Positions 39,906 through 50,270 are shown, counted from the stretch's first letter. The stretch: DNA of 64,000 nt from Thermodesulfobacteriota bacterium (GCA_965205855.1 OZ242184.1:1152001-1216000); one strand, 5' to 3'. Numbers and translations are program-made. The notes: a model not told the origin generated them from the letters alone.

Positions 39906-40424
39906 TCAAACTTCAAATTTAAGGACCGACAAAACTGGGTCTTCAAGTTTCAAAGCTCCTTTAAGTCCGGTGAGTTCAATGAAAAAGACATACCCTGCAA
40001 CCAAACCCCCGACACCTTTTACGAGATTCCCCGCCGCCTCCGCCGTACCTCCCGTGGCAAGCAGGTCGTCAACAATCAGAACTCTTTTTCCCTTTTCAAT
40101 GCAACCCCTGTGTATTTCAAGCGAATTCTGCCCGTATTCAAGGTCGTAAGATGCAGATTGGGTCGCACGGGGAAGTTTTCCCGGCTTTCTTATCAAAATC
40201 ATACCCTTGCGCATTTTGGAACACAACGCGGACGCAAAGATAAACCCTCTTGACTCTATGGCGGCAATAGCGTCAATCTCAATGTTCTCAACCAGAACAA
40301 GCATCTGATCAATTGCTTCGGAGAAAGCCGATTCATTCTCAAGAAGAGGGGTTATATCGTAAAATAATATGCCTTTTTTCGGGAAGTCCTGAACATCCCG
40401 AACATAGTTCTCAATTTTAATCAT
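39906..40424 (-). CDS. apt: adenine phosphoribosyltransferase
   Basis: [36 protein letters not shown]. Confidence 0.96.
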   Translation of the reverse strand: MIKIENYVRDVQDFPKKGILFYDITPLLENESAFSEAIDQMLVLVENIEIDAIAAIESRGFIFASALCSKMRKGMILIRKPGKLPRATQSASYDLEYGQNSLEIHRGCIEKGKRVLIVDDLLATGGTAEAAGNLVKGVGGLVAGYVFFIELTGLKGALKLEDPVLSVLKFEV

Positions 40425-40450
40425 ATATCTCGGTTATTATAACACAGATT

Positions 40451-41068
40451 ATGAGTTGTCATTCCGACCGTAGAGTCTCCGGATGCGGCGTAACCGGCCT
40501 TGTTGCGGTTCTTGCCCTGCTTGTTGTTTTCGGGGTTTCCAAATCCGCAGCGGCAGATTCTCTGATGGGATTTGACTTTAATCTGTCTTCAAAACACACC
40601 CTTGAAAAAACCCGCGACATGGGACTTGAAATCCTTAAAGAAAGCAAGGAAAAAGATTCAAGAAAAGAAATGCTTTTCAAGGGAAAACCGCCCGCAGTTC
40701 CGAAGGTCGGAAAGGAAACGGAAACAAAAGTTGTTTTCTTCGGCGACAGAATTGAAACCGTAACACTGCTTGCCCGTGACGTGGACGAACCGGAAGCGCT
40801 TGCCGTTGAGAAGTTTGTGGAGGACAGATACGGGAAGCCTGACGCATACGAGGAAATTTTTTCCTTTACGGTAAAATCATGGAGCCTTCCGGATACAAAA
40901 GTGGTTCTCAGTCGCTCAAACGGAGGAATTCTGAAACTTGCACAAACAAATTTGCGGATAAGAAAAAAGAGACACGAAAGAGAAATCACAAGGAAAAAAA
41001 ACAAAGAGAAAAGACATCCCGTTCAAAAGATGATTGACGGCGATTACTCAAAGCCAGACTACAAGTAA
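40451..41068 (+). CDS. hypothetical exported protein
   Basis: signal-peptide-like N-terminus (..SAAA/D); fills the gap between apt and ecm. Confidence 0.6.
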   Translation: MSCHSDRRVSGCGVTGLVAVLALLVVFGVSKSAAADSLMGFDFNLSSKHTLEKTRDMGLEILKESKEKDSRKEMLFKGKPPAVPKVGKETETKVVFFGDRIETVTLLARDVDEPEALAVEKFVEDRYGKPDAYEEIFSFTVKSWSLPDTKVVLSRSNGGILKLAQTNLRIRKKRHEREITRKKNKEKRHPVQKMIDGDYSKPDYK

Positions 41069-41080
41069 CCGCAATCCTTA

Positions 41081-43084
41081 TTAAGCATTAAGCACAAGGT
41101 CCACAATATCACCCATTATACGCGTCAGGGAAAAGTCTTTCGGGGTGTAGACCTTCTTCACACCGGACTTGATAAGTTTTTTCGCATCTTCGTCGGGTAT
41201 TATCCCGCCGGTTATTACAGGAGTGTCCGCCATGCCCCTTTTTTTGAGCATTTTCATTATTCGCGGAACCACGGTGTTGTGTGAACCGGAAAGTATGCTG
41301 AGGCCGATTATGTCAACATTTTCCTGCTCCGCCGCGTTGACTATCTGCTCTGGTGTGAGGCGGATTCCCTGATAAAGAACCTCCATCCCCATGTCTCGCG
41401 CACGAACCGCTATTTGCTCGGCGCCGTTGGAATGGCCGTCAAGCCCTGGCTTGCCTATCAGGATTTTTGGCGGTCTGCCAAGCGCTTCTTTTATTCGTTT
41501 GACCGACACTCTGATGCGCCGTTCATCATCGGGCTGTTTGTCGCGTGAGAGCTCAACGGACACCCCCGTGGGAGCCCTGTATTCACCAAATTCCTTTCTA
41601 AGCGCATCCGACCACTCCCCCGTCGTAACGCCCGCGCGCGCGCATTCAATGGACGGCCGCATTATGTTTTTTCCACCGCGAGCCGCCAAAGAAAGCTCAA
41701 TGAGTGATTTCTCCGCCTTTTTCGTGTTTCTTTTTTTTCTGAACGCCTTAAGACGTTTTATCTGATCTTTTACAAGACCGGGGTTAACTTTGTGGATTGA
41801 GCTCTCAAGCGATTCCGTAAGCGGGGAGTTCTCCGTTTCTTCAAAACTGTTCACACCAACCCGCAAAATTTCTCCCGTCTCAATAGCCGCAAGACGCTTC
41901 GCGTTTGAGGCAACAAGGCTTTCTTTCATATAGTTAATGCTCTCAAGTGCGCCGCCCATACGGGCAATCTTCCGAGCCTCGGCAAGTGCGTCTTTTTTAA
42001 GTGCCTTAACTTTGGTACCTATAACTTTTGAGCCGTCAAAAATGTCCTGATATTCAAGAAGGTCAGTCTCAAAGGCCAGTATTTGCTGGAACCTCAGAGA
42101 CCACTGCTGGTCCCAGGGACGGGGAAGCCCGAGCGCCTCATTCCATGCGGGCAGTTGAATGGCTCTGGCTCTCGCGTTTTTTGAGAGCGTAACATCAAGC
42201 ATCTGAAGAATTATCCGCGCCACATTGTTTTCCGGCTGGTCCGCGGTCAATCCCAGAGAGTTAACCTGAACCCCGTATCTGAATCTGCGGAGTTTTTCAT
42301 CTTTCACGCCATACCTGTTCGCCGTTACTTCATTCCATATCTCCGTGAACACGCGCAGTTTACACATCTCTTCCACAAAACGAATCCCCGCGTTCACAAA
42401 AAATGATATTCTGCCGACAACTCCGGGAAAGTCCTTTTCGGAAATCACCCCGCTCTCTCTTACAGCATCAAGCACGGCGGTGGCGGTTGAAAGCGTATAG
42501 GCAATTTCCTGAACCGGAGTCGCCCCCGCTTCCTGAAGATGGTAACTACAAATATTTATGGGGTTCCATTTCGGCACTTTCACATAGGAATAGGCAATCA
42601 TATCTGCGATAAGCCGCATTGAATGCTTCGGCGGAAAAATATAAGTGCCTCTGGAAAGATACTCTTTGATTATATCATTCTGAGTGGTCCCTTGGAGCAG
42701 GGAGGGTTTTGTCCCGCGCTTTTCGGCAACCGCCACATAAAGCGCAAGCAACCACGCGGCGGTCGCGTTTATGGTCATTGAGGTATTCATCTTCTCAAGA
42801 GGAATTTCCTCAAAAAGCGCTTCCATATCATCAATATGACAGACCGGAACCCCGACCTTGCCAACCTCGCCTTCGGCAAAAGGACTGTCGCTGTCGTATC
42901 CGGTCTGTGTCGGCAGGTCAAAGGCGACACTGAGCCCCGTCTGCCCCTTTTCAAGGTTTTTCCTGTAAAGCCTGTTGGATTCTTTCGCCGTTGAGTGCCC
43001 AGCGTATGTGCGCATTATCCACGGACGGTCTTTTGTGACACCGGCCTCGGGAGCTTTCCCGTTTTTCAGTTTAGACATCTTCAA
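41081..43084 (-). CDS. ecm: ethylmalonyl-CoA mutase (MeaA/Ecm, B12-dependent)
   Basis: PWIMRTYAGHS, SYHLQEAGA, YGVQVNSLGLT, QLPAWNEALGLP, KPGLDGHSNGAEQ. Confidence 0.92.
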   Translation of the reverse strand: MKMSKLKNGKAPEAGVTKDRPWIMRTYAGHSTAKESNRLYRKNLEKGQTGLSVAFDLPTQTGYDSDSPFAEGEVGKVGVPVCHIDDMEALFEEIPLEKMNTSMTINATAAWLLALYVAVAEKRGTKPSLLQGTTQNDIIKEYLSRGTYIFPPKHSMRLIADMIAYSYVKVPKWNPINICSYHLQEAGATPVQEIAYTLSTATAVLDAVRESGVISEKDFPGVVGRISFFVNAGIRFVEEMCKLRVFTEIWNEVTANRYGVKDEKLRRFRYGVQVNSLGLTADQPENNVARIILQMLDVTLSKNARARAIQLPAWNEALGLPRPWDQQWSLRFQQILAFETDLLEYQDIFDGSKVIGTKVKALKKDALAEARKIARMGGALESINYMKESLVASNAKRLAAIETGEILRVGVNSFEETENSPLTESLESSIHKVNPGLVKDQIKRLKAFRKKRNTKKAEKSLIELSLAARGGKNIMRPSIECARAGVTTGEWSDALRKEFGEYRAPTGVSVELSRDKQPDDERRIRVSVKRIKEALGRPPKILIGKPGLDGHSNGAEQIAVRARDMGMEVLYQGIRLTPEQIVNAAEQENVDIIGLSILSGSHNTVVPRIMKMLKKRGMADTPVITGGIIPDEDAKKLIKSGVKKVYTPKDFSLTRIMGDIVDLVLNA

Positions 43085-43176
43085 AACCCCACCACATACA
43101 GTCTAATCTAAAGATGAAGTGGGGTAAGTCAAGAAAGAGTCTGGACGCTTTGAAACGGTAATGCGACGCGGGCCTG

Positions 43177-43569
43177 TTACCCTATCAACACGTCTTTGAG
43201 CAGGGAACGGGCTTTTTTATTGTCTCTGGTAACAAGAGCCACAAGGGAATTGTCCCCCTCCCTGTTTACTATATGCATACTGTGAATGTCTATCTCCGCG
43301 TCTTTAAGCCTACCCGCGATTCCCGCAAGAGAGCCGGGCTTGTTTGCAAGTCTGATAACAAGGGATTCCTCCGACACCGCCTTGAAGCCGCAATCACTCA
43401 GAGTTTTGAGCGCCTTGTCATAATTGTCCGTTTTTATTATCACAGCGCCGTGGGATGAGAAACCACTTGTGTCAAGCTGTTCAATGTTTATGTTTTTTTC
43501 CGCGAGAATACGGCTTATATCCGCTATAACGCCCACTCTGTTGGTGCTTATGACAACTATCTGTTTCAT
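43177..43569 (-). CDS. tandem ACT domain protein
   Basis: NRVGVIADI and NKPGSLA.I..L....I.I ACT repeats; 4-bp overlap with the decarboxylase. Confidence 0.82.
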   Translation of the reverse strand: MKQIVVISTNRVGVIADISRILAEKNINIEQLDTSGFSSHGAVIIKTDNYDKALKTLSDCGFKAVSEESLVIRLANKPGSLAGIAGRLKDAEIDIHSMHIVNREGDNSLVALVTRDNKKARSLLKDVLIG

Positions 43570-44765
43570 TTCCGAGCGCTCACTTTTCCACTTTTTTGAA
43601 GGTCTTGCGCTATCTCCCGCGCAACGACTCCTATTTTTTCAACGCTGAGGTGAGGGTGCGTAATTATATGCGATATGTCATCTTTTGAAGCAAGTTGCCA
43701 CTCTCGTGTCACTTTCTCCGAAGGACGCGGAAAAACAACCGTGAGAGAGTTTTCATTGCGCCACGCCTCCACCCCTTGCTCACCGAATTTTTCTATAAGA
43801 AACTGAGCACGCCGGATTGAATCCCTGACAAGTTTTTTGAGCCCCGCGACACCGTAGCGTTTGACTGCGTACCATATGAGAAGAGGTGCGAGCGCGCTTC
43901 TTGAGCCGGCTATTGTCGTATCGAGAGCGCCCACATACTCAATGTTACGGGCTATGAGGTCTACATTTTCTTTTTTCGCCACAACCACTCCGCACGGGAA
44001 AGGACTACCAATCATCTTGTGTCCGCTTATGGCAATGCTGTCAACTCCGGTCGGAAAGCCGAAGGGAGGAGGGTTGCTCACAAAAGGAATCACCATTCCG
44101 CTCAGTGCGGCGTCGCAGTGAATATAAGACTTTGTAATTGCGAAATCGGAGAGAATGGAGCGGATTTGCACTATGTCATCAGTCGCTCCGGTCATTGTTG
44201 TGCCCACGGTTGCGCAAACTATTGTCGGCCGGTCTCTGTGAATCCTCACGGTTTCCCTGAAGTCTTCGCAGTCCATCTCACCGCCGGGAGCACTTCTTAT
44301 CATTATATGGCGTGTTCCAAGAAGTCTCATTATTTTGGGAACACTGTAGTGCGTATCCTCGGAGAAATACATTATCGCTCCCTTGCCCATCAACTCTCTC
44401 GCAATGTAAAGCCCGTAAAGGTTCCCTTCGGTTCCTCCGGAGGTCATATAACCCCAACTGTTGTCTTTGGGAGCCTTTGTTATGCCGGCAAAAAAATGAA
44501 CCATTTCACGCTCTATCGCATGAGTGTTAAGTCCGAAGTTAGTACCACCGAACGGGTCTCCTACATTGTTCATACCGAATTCCATAAATCTGAAAAGCTC
44601 GGAGTAGTCAAACGACATATTGCACGGATAGCCCGCATGTTTGTCGCACGCTTTGTTCATGGAATCATAAAGCCTGTCAAGACGTTTTCTGTCTCCGGCG
44701 GGTAGGGGATTGGGATAGATCTGTTTGCGGGAAGAAACCTTGCCTTTGTGTCTGCGCGATTCCAC
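43566..44765 (-). CDS. PLP-dependent group II decarboxylase, histidine/serine decarboxylase family
   Basis: GYPCN, NNVGDPF, WGYMTSGGTEGN, THYS, HCDAAL, SGHKMIGSP. Confidence 0.85.
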   Translation of the reverse strand: MESRRHKGKVSSRKQIYPNPLPAGDRKRLDRLYDSMNKACDKHAGYPCNMSFDYSELFRFMEFGMNNVGDPFGGTNFGLNTHAIEREMVHFFAGITKAPKDNSWGYMTSGGTEGNLYGLYIARELMGKGAIMYFSEDTHYSVPKIMRLLGTRHIMIRSAPGGEMDCEDFRETVRIHRDRPTIVCATVGTTMTGATDDIVQIRSILSDFAITKSYIHCDAALSGMVIPFVSNPPPFGFPTGVDSIAISGHKMIGSPFPCGVVVAKKENVDLIARNIEYVGALDTTIAGSRSALAPLLIWYAVKRYGVAGLKKLVRDSIRRAQFLIEKFGEQGVEAWRNENSLTVVFPRPSEKVTREWQLASKDDISHIITHPHLSVEKIGVVAREIAQDLQKSGKVSARK

Positions 44766-44957
44766 TGCCCCATAATTATATATGAATATGGCATCGGTAT
44801 TGATTTACTTTGCCGGCCGTTGAATTTTCTGTCCGTTTTTTAAGTTCGCGCGGTTCAAAACCAACTGCGGAAATCTGTCCCTGTGCGGGTTGCATTTCAA
44901 ATTTTCGCCATATTATGTTATATAGTTAGCCCTGATTTACCGGACAGGTAACAAACT

Positions 44958-45998
44958 ATGATAGTTGTAATGAAAAACACCGCCACCCGCGAGGAGATTG
45001 AGAAAGTCACTTCCGCAATTCTGGAACTCGGCTATAAACCGCAGTCCATCGAGGGAGTTGTCCACACGGTTATAGGGGTTGTCGGAGAAAACAAAAACAA
45101 AGCCGCACATAAGGAAAGACTTGCCCTGATAAGCGGAGTGGAGAAGGTCGTGCCGATTCTCCAGCCGTATAAACTGGCAAGCCGTGAAGTTAAAGAGCAC
45201 ACATCCGAAGTTAAGGTTGAAAACATAAAAATCGGCGGCAGGGAAATAGTCATGATAGCCGGTCCCTGCTCGGTTGAGAGCGAGGAACAGATAATGACGA
45301 TAGCGAAAGCCGTCAAATCCGCCGGCGCGTCAATGCTTCGGGGCGGGGCTTACAAGCCGCGAACATCGCCGTACTCTTTTCAAGGTCTCGGACAGGAAGG
45401 CCTTGAACTGATGCTTCAGGCGAAAAAGGAAACCGGACTGCTTCTCGTAACGGAAATAATGGACACAAGCGATATAGACAAACTTGACAAATATGCTGAT
45501 ATGCTTCAAATAGGAGCGAGAAACTCCCAAAACTACTCGCTTCTGAAAGTTATCGGAAGGTCGGACAAACCGGTGCTGCTCAAGAGAGGGCTGTCAACAA
45601 CAATAAACGAATTTCTTATGTGCGCCGAATACATTCTTTCCGAAGGCAACTCCAATGTTGTGCTGTGTGAAAGAGGAATACGGACTTTTGAAACCTCCAC
45701 AAGAAATACTTTTGATCTTAACGCAATACCGGTTCTGAAAGAAAAAACGCATCTTCCGGTTATCGCGGACCCGAGCCACGGAACCGGATACTGGAACTAT
45801 GTTACTCCCATGGCAATGGCGGCAGTGGCAGCCGGGGCCGACGGGCTGATGGTGGAAGCACACAACGAACCGGAAAAAGCGTTCAGCGATGGCGGACAGT
45901 CTCTTAAGCTGAAAAAATTTGAGGACCTGATGAGAAAAACCGCTCCCGTGGCGAAAGCCGTGGGCAGAAAGCTGAAAAAACCCGCACGGGTCAGCTGA
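44958..45998 (+). CDS. aroF: DAHP synthase, class I-beta with N-terminal regulatory domain
   Basis: IAGPCSVES, KPRTSPYSFQG, QIGARN, CERGIRTF, DPSHG. Confidence 0.93.
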   Translation: MIVVMKNTATREEIEKVTSAILELGYKPQSIEGVVHTVIGVVGENKNKAAHKERLALISGVEKVVPILQPYKLASREVKEHTSEVKVENIKIGGREIVMIAGPCSVESEEQIMTIAKAVKSAGASMLRGGAYKPRTSPYSFQGLGQEGLELMLQAKKETGLLLVTEIMDTSDIDKLDKYADMLQIGARNSQNYSLLKVIGRSDKPVLLKRGLSTTINEFLMCAEYILSEGNSNVVLCERGIRTFETSTRNTFDLNAIPVLKEKTHLPVIADPSHGTGYWNYVTPMAMAAVAAGADGLMVEAHNEPEKAFSDGGQSLKLKKFEDLMRKTAPVAKAVGRKLKKPARVS

Positions 45999-46593
45999 AA
46001 CACACATTACCGTTCAAAAGACTTATTCGTCCGGTGGCAAAAAGCCCGATTATTTCAGGGTATATCTTGTGCTCTTCGGTATGTATTTTTTCAATAAGCG
46101 TCTCTTCCGTGTCATCCGGCTCTATGGAAACAACCGACTGTTTTATCATGGGCCCGGTGTCTATTCCCTTATCAACAAAATGCACCGTGCAGCCCGTTTT
46201 CTCCGCTCCCGAATCAAGGGCGCGCTTAACCGCATGAGAGCCCGGAAAAGCGGGAAGAAGCGAGGGATGGATGTTTATTATCTTTCCGGCAAAACGACCG
46301 ACAAAAAAAGGGGACAGAACTCTGACAAAACCGGCCAAAGCTATCAGGTCGGGATTGTATTTTCCAAGACGTGAAACCAACTCCGCCTCAAAATCATGGC
46401 GTGAGGAAAAAAGGCCCCGGTCAATAACCTCAACGCTCAATCCACCCGAACGCGCCCTTTCAATGGCGTGCGCCCCGGGATTGTCACACACAACCGGAAC
46501 CAGTCTAACACCGGCAATCGCGGCGTCCATAATTGCCTGAAGATTGCTTCCATCGCCTGACACAAAAACAGACACTGTGTAAACGGCGGACAT
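45991..46593 (-). CDS. purN: phosphoribosylglycinamide formyltransferase
   Basis: SGDGSNLQA, LAGFVR, INIHPSLLP, GCTVH. Confidence 0.95.
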   Translation of the reverse strand: MSAVYTVSVFVSGDGSNLQAIMDAAIAGVRLVPVVCDNPGAHAIERARSGGLSVEVIDRGLFSSRHDFEAELVSRLGKYNPDLIALAGFVRVLSPFFVGRFAGKIINIHPSLLPAFPGSHAVKRALDSGAEKTGCTVHFVDKGIDTGPMIKQSVVSIEPDDTEETLIEKIHTEEHKIYPEIIGLFATGRISLLNGNVCFS

Positions 46594-46608
46594 TATTGGT
46601 GTAAAGAA

Positions 46609-46725
46609 CCAAGGCGGCAACCTACTTTCCCACTCCCGCAGGGAGCAGTATCATCGGCCCAAAAGAACTTAACTTCCGGGTTCGGAATGGAGCCGGGTGT
46701 TTCCTCTCTGGTATAGCCACCCAGA
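46609..46725 (-). rRNA. rrf: 5S rRNA (stand-alone)
   Basis: GGTGGCTATA...CACCCG..CCATTCCGAAC.CGGAAGTTAAG...GCCGATGATACTG...GTGGGAAAGTAGG..GCCGCC conserved 5S pattern. Confidence 0.93.
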
Positions 46726-46735
46726 TTCGGATGGT

Positions 46736-46763
46736 ACTTTATCACAGTGTTCGGGGTTGTCAA
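46736..46763 (-). promoter_or_regulatory. putative dedicated promoter of the 5S rRNA
   Basis: TTGACA-16 nt-TAAAGT with TGn extension, about 10 nt upstream of the 5S 5' end. Confidence 0.55.
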
Positions 46764-48158
46764 TTAAGCATAGAGTCTAATTCGGGACTTTCTGCTGTTT
46801 CTTTTGAGTTTGCTGAGAGACTTCACCTCTATCTGCCTAACCCTCTCCTTTGTGATTCCAAGTCTCTGTCCTATCTGCTCAAGCGTATATTCTTTTTCTT
46901 CTCCGATTCCGAAACGCATCTTAATAACTTTCCGTTCATTGGAACTGAGAACCATAAGCGCCTTGCGGACAAGCTTTTTGAACTCTTTTTCCTCAACAAT
47001 CTCGGACGATATATCCTCATGACGGTCTTCTACAAAATCCAGTATTGTGGCGTTGTCGTCGTTCCCGGTTCCGACCGACGCGTCAAGCGAGAGAGTGCTT
47101 TTGGTAAGGTTAATGGTTTTTGAAATCTGCCCGGGAGCCTGGTCAAGCATTTCCGCAATGTCTTCAATTGAAGGTCGTTTTCTCATTTTTTGAGATAAAA
47201 ACCGCTTGATTTTGTATATCTTGTTCACACTCTCCACCATATGGACGGGTATTTTGATAATCCTTGACTGTTCGGCAATGGCACGTGTTATCGCTTGCAT
47301 TATCCACCAACTCGCGTGAGTTGAAAACTTGTTCCCCCTGCGGTACTCAAACACATCAACCGAATACCTGAGACCGATATTGCCCTCCTGAATCAGGTCA
47401 AGAATGTGAAGCCCGCGGTTTTTATATTTGTTCGCAATACTCACCACAAGACGGAGGTTTGACTCCACAAGTTTCTTTCTGTTGCGCGCCACCTCTTTAC
47501 AAGACGAGCGAAGTTCTTCAAGAAAACCCGCTAATTCTTCGGGCTTTTGAGGAAGACAGCGCCTGTGCAATTTTGCCAGACTCTTTTTAATTTCATCTTT
47601 TTCCCGCGCCGTGCGCGCCGACTTCATTGAAGCAGCGGTCGTATCTATTTCCCTGACAAGCTCCCCGGCGTAGTCTTGAAGCGCTTCAATACGGCGTTTG
47701 AAAAAAAGGTTGTGCTGACGGTTCATATTTTTGAGAAGTTCAATCTTCTTCTTTTTGTTTCGGGACTTTTTGCGCGAAATCTCACGCAAAGTCCCGCCGG
47801 ATTTTTTTGTTTCGGCAATTTTTTTCTCAAGTTTTTCTGATTGTTCGACATACTCAAAGAAACTGGCGTACATCTCTTTGTAGTTTGCCGACGCCTTTTT
47901 TTCCGCCTCGGAAACGCCCTCTGACTCGCAGTTGCAGAAATTTCGAATCATAAAAATGGACCCGAGAAGCGACAGCGCAACTCTTTCTTTTGATTTTTCA
48001 AGGTCTCTTGCTATCCGTATCTCCTGCTCTTTTGTCAGCAGGGGATGCGACCAGATATCCTGAAGATAAGTTTGCATAGGGTCGCTGTCTGTAGACCCTC
48101 TCAAATCCGTAGCAATAGCAGAGGTCTTTCCGCCGTCAGACCCCTTGTTCCGGTACAT
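46764..48158 (-). CDS. rpoD: sigma70-family factor (RpoD-like, divergent, lacking region 1.1)
   Basis: DPMQTYL (1.2), NLRLVVSIA, DLIQEGNIGL, IPVHM, TLEQIG...ERVRQIE; directly downstream of dnaG. Confidence 0.75.
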   Translation of the reverse strand: MYRNKGSDGGKTSAIATDLRGSTDSDPMQTYLQDIWSHPLLTKEQEIRIARDLEKSKERVALSLLGSIFMIRNFCNCESEGVSEAEKKASANYKEMYASFFEYVEQSEKLEKKIAETKKSGGTLREISRKKSRNKKKKIELLKNMNRQHNLFFKRRIEALQDYAGELVREIDTTAASMKSARTAREKDEIKKSLAKLHRRCLPQKPEELAGFLEELRSSCKEVARNRKKLVESNLRLVVSIANKYKNRGLHILDLIQEGNIGLRYSVDVFEYRRGNKFSTHASWWIMQAITRAIAEQSRIIKIPVHMVESVNKIYKIKRFLSQKMRKRPSIEDIAEMLDQAPGQISKTINLTKSTLSLDASVGTGNDDNATILDFVEDRHEDISSEIVEEKEFKKLVRKALMVLSSNERKVIKMRFGIGEEKEYTLEQIGQRLGITKERVRQIEVKSLSKLKRNSRKSRIRLYA

Positions 48159-48199
48159 ATCCTCGTTCCAGTTCGCCTTTGCCGCTTTGGTCTTGGTTG

Positions 48200-49966
48200 C
48201 TATGACAAACCCTCCATTATAAGTTTTTTACGCTCAAGCAATTCCCCGTAATGTTTCATAAGTTCCTGTTCGCGCGCCGAGTCGCCAGTGTCGCCGGATT
48301 CTAGAACCCTCAGGGTCTCTCTTATGGATTTCAGCTCCTTCCCTATGACATCCAGTTTCAGTCTCACAAGGCATTTTTCAACCTCAACCCCAACATTGCT
48401 CCGGTCCATAAAATCTATTGTGTCAAGAGTGAACTGCGCCTGAGAGAGCAATTCGTTCGCGTCACGCACGGAAGCGCCTCCAGAGCCGGCAATCCCCGAA
48501 GCGTGAATTGAGGATATGATGTCCTTGACCGTGCCGTCGGGTATGTTTTTCATTACCTTTTCCCCGCAAAGAAACTCCGCCATATCGGGAAACTTCAAAG
48601 CGATTCTCAACAACATCATTTCCGCGGAGCTCACCGCCGGCCGGTCGCAATCTCCATCCTTGCGCGAACCGAAATTTGAAAGCGATGGCGCTTTTCCCGA
48701 GGAAGAAACCATTGAGTAAAGGTCATTTTCCCTGAACCCGAACCTGCGTGAAACTTCCCTTACATAAGGACCTGTCTCCGGCGAGTCTCCAAGTATTGTA
48801 ACAACGGACATGAGTCTCTTGGCGGCGGTGGGACGGGAAACCTTTTTCTCGGATATCGCGTCCGATATGTCATCCATAAGAACCTCGGTAATGGAAGCCG
48901 CGTCCTGAACAAGGGCGTGAAGCGCTTCCGAGCCGCTTTCCCTTGCGAACTGGTCGGGGTCAAGACCCTGCGGAACCCGCGCCACTCGGGGAACAACGCC
49001 GTTTGCCATAAAAATCTCTCCCGCAGTGAAAGAGGAATCCATCCCGGCTCTGTCTCCGTCATATAAAATCACAATATCATCCGCGTACCGTCTGAGAAGG
49101 CTCACCTGATTCCTTGTAAGCGATGTTCCAAGAGATGCCGCGACGTTTTTAACCCCGGCGGCATATGCGGAAAGAAGGTCAGTATAACCCTCAACAAGCA
49201 CGGCGGTTCCAGACTTTCTAATCTCCTGCCCCGTCTTGTTAAGCCCGTAAAGCAAATTTCTTTTCCTGTAAACCACAGACTCGGAAGAATTTAGGTATTT
49301 TGGCGCACGGCCGCCGGTGTCCAGTATTCTGCCGCCAAACCCCGCAACCTTGGAATTCGGAGTGAATATTGGAAATATCACCCTGCCGCGAAATTTCCCG
49401 TATGCCCCTTTAGAATCGTCTCCTCCGGAAAGCAGGCCGACCTGAAGGGCGAGTTTCCGGGAGAATCCGCCGTCTGAGAGAAAATTCACAATTGCATCGC
49501 CAGAAAGAGGCGCGTAGCCTATTGAAAAATGCTCCGCAATACCGGAGGTAATCCCCCTCTGCTTCAGATACGAAAGAGCCTTGCGCGCTTCGGAAGAACC
49601 GTTGGTGAGAGACTTACGGAAAAAGCCACAAACCGCTTTGTTCATTGAAAACAGAGTTTCATTTGCGGATATGCGCCCCGTGTTTTTCTCCAACTCAACC
49701 CCAGCCCTCTCGGCGACTTCGGAAAGTGCCTCTTTGAAGGTATAGCCTTTGATATTCTCGAGAAAGGCGTACACATCTCCGCCCGCTTTGCAACTGAAGC
49801 AGTAGAACATACCCTTTTCGTCATCGACGTGAAAGGAAGGGTTTTTGTCATCGTGAAAGGGACAGAGACCAGTGTATGATTTGCCCTTTTTTCTGAGAGA
49901 AACATAGCTACCGACAAAGTCGACTATGCTAACCATGCTTTTCAGTTCTGTTGCTGAAATTGGCAT
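48200..49966 (-). CDS. dnaG: DNA primase
   Basis: CPFH..NPSF...CFSC zinc finger, FRGRVIFPI, PKYLNS, VEGYTD, YDGD.AG, DPD. Confidence 0.95.
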   Translation of the reverse strand: MPISATELKSMVSIVDFVGSYVSLRKKGKSYTGLCPFHDDKNPSFHVDDEKGMFYCFSCKAGGDVYAFLENIKGYTFKEALSEVAERAGVELEKNTGRISANETLFSMNKAVCGFFRKSLTNGSSEARKALSYLKQRGITSGIAEHFSIGYAPLSGDAIVNFLSDGGFSRKLALQVGLLSGGDDSKGAYGKFRGRVIFPIFTPNSKVAGFGGRILDTGGRAPKYLNSSESVVYRKRNLLYGLNKTGQEIRKSGTAVLVEGYTDLLSAYAAGVKNVAASLGTSLTRNQVSLLRRYADDIVILYDGDRAGMDSSFTAGEIFMANGVVPRVARVPQGLDPDQFARESGSEALHALVQDAASITEVLMDDISDAISEKKVSRPTAAKRLMSVVTILGDSPETGPYVREVSRRFGFRENDLYSMVSSSGKAPSLSNFGSRKDGDCDRPAVSSAEMMLLRIALKFPDMAEFLCGEKVMKNIPDGTVKDIISSIHASGIAGSGGASVRDANELLSQAQFTLDTIDFMDRSNVGVEVEKCLVRLKLDVIGKELKSIRETLRVLESGDTGDSAREQELMKHYGELLERKKLIMEGLS

Positions 49967-50039
49967 TTTACCGCAAAGGTTGAGCAAACTTCCCTTCTAC
50001 CACTCAAACACTCTGACTTTGTAAAGAAGAAACCGCGCG

Positions 50040-50222
50040 TCATCTTGATTTCCTCATGCGTTTTATGGCAGCCAGAACCTTTTTCTTTCTCTTCTGACTG
50101 GGCTTTTCGTAAAATTCTCTCCTGCGGACTTCGGAGACTACACCCGCTCTTTCAACCTGCTTTTTGAAACGCTTGAGAGCGCTGTCTATGCTTTCGCTTG
50201 AACCAACTGTTATGCCGGGCAT
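50040..50222 (-). CDS. rpsU: 30S ribosomal protein S21
   Basis: [22 protein letters not shown]. Confidence 0.95.
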   Translation of the reverse strand: MPGITVGSSESIDSALKRFKKQVERAGVVSEVRRREFYEKPSQKRKKKVLAAIKRMRKSR

Positions 50223-50270
50223 TAGTATCTCCCTGTCAAAAACTTTGAATTTAAAACCATCTTTGATAAC

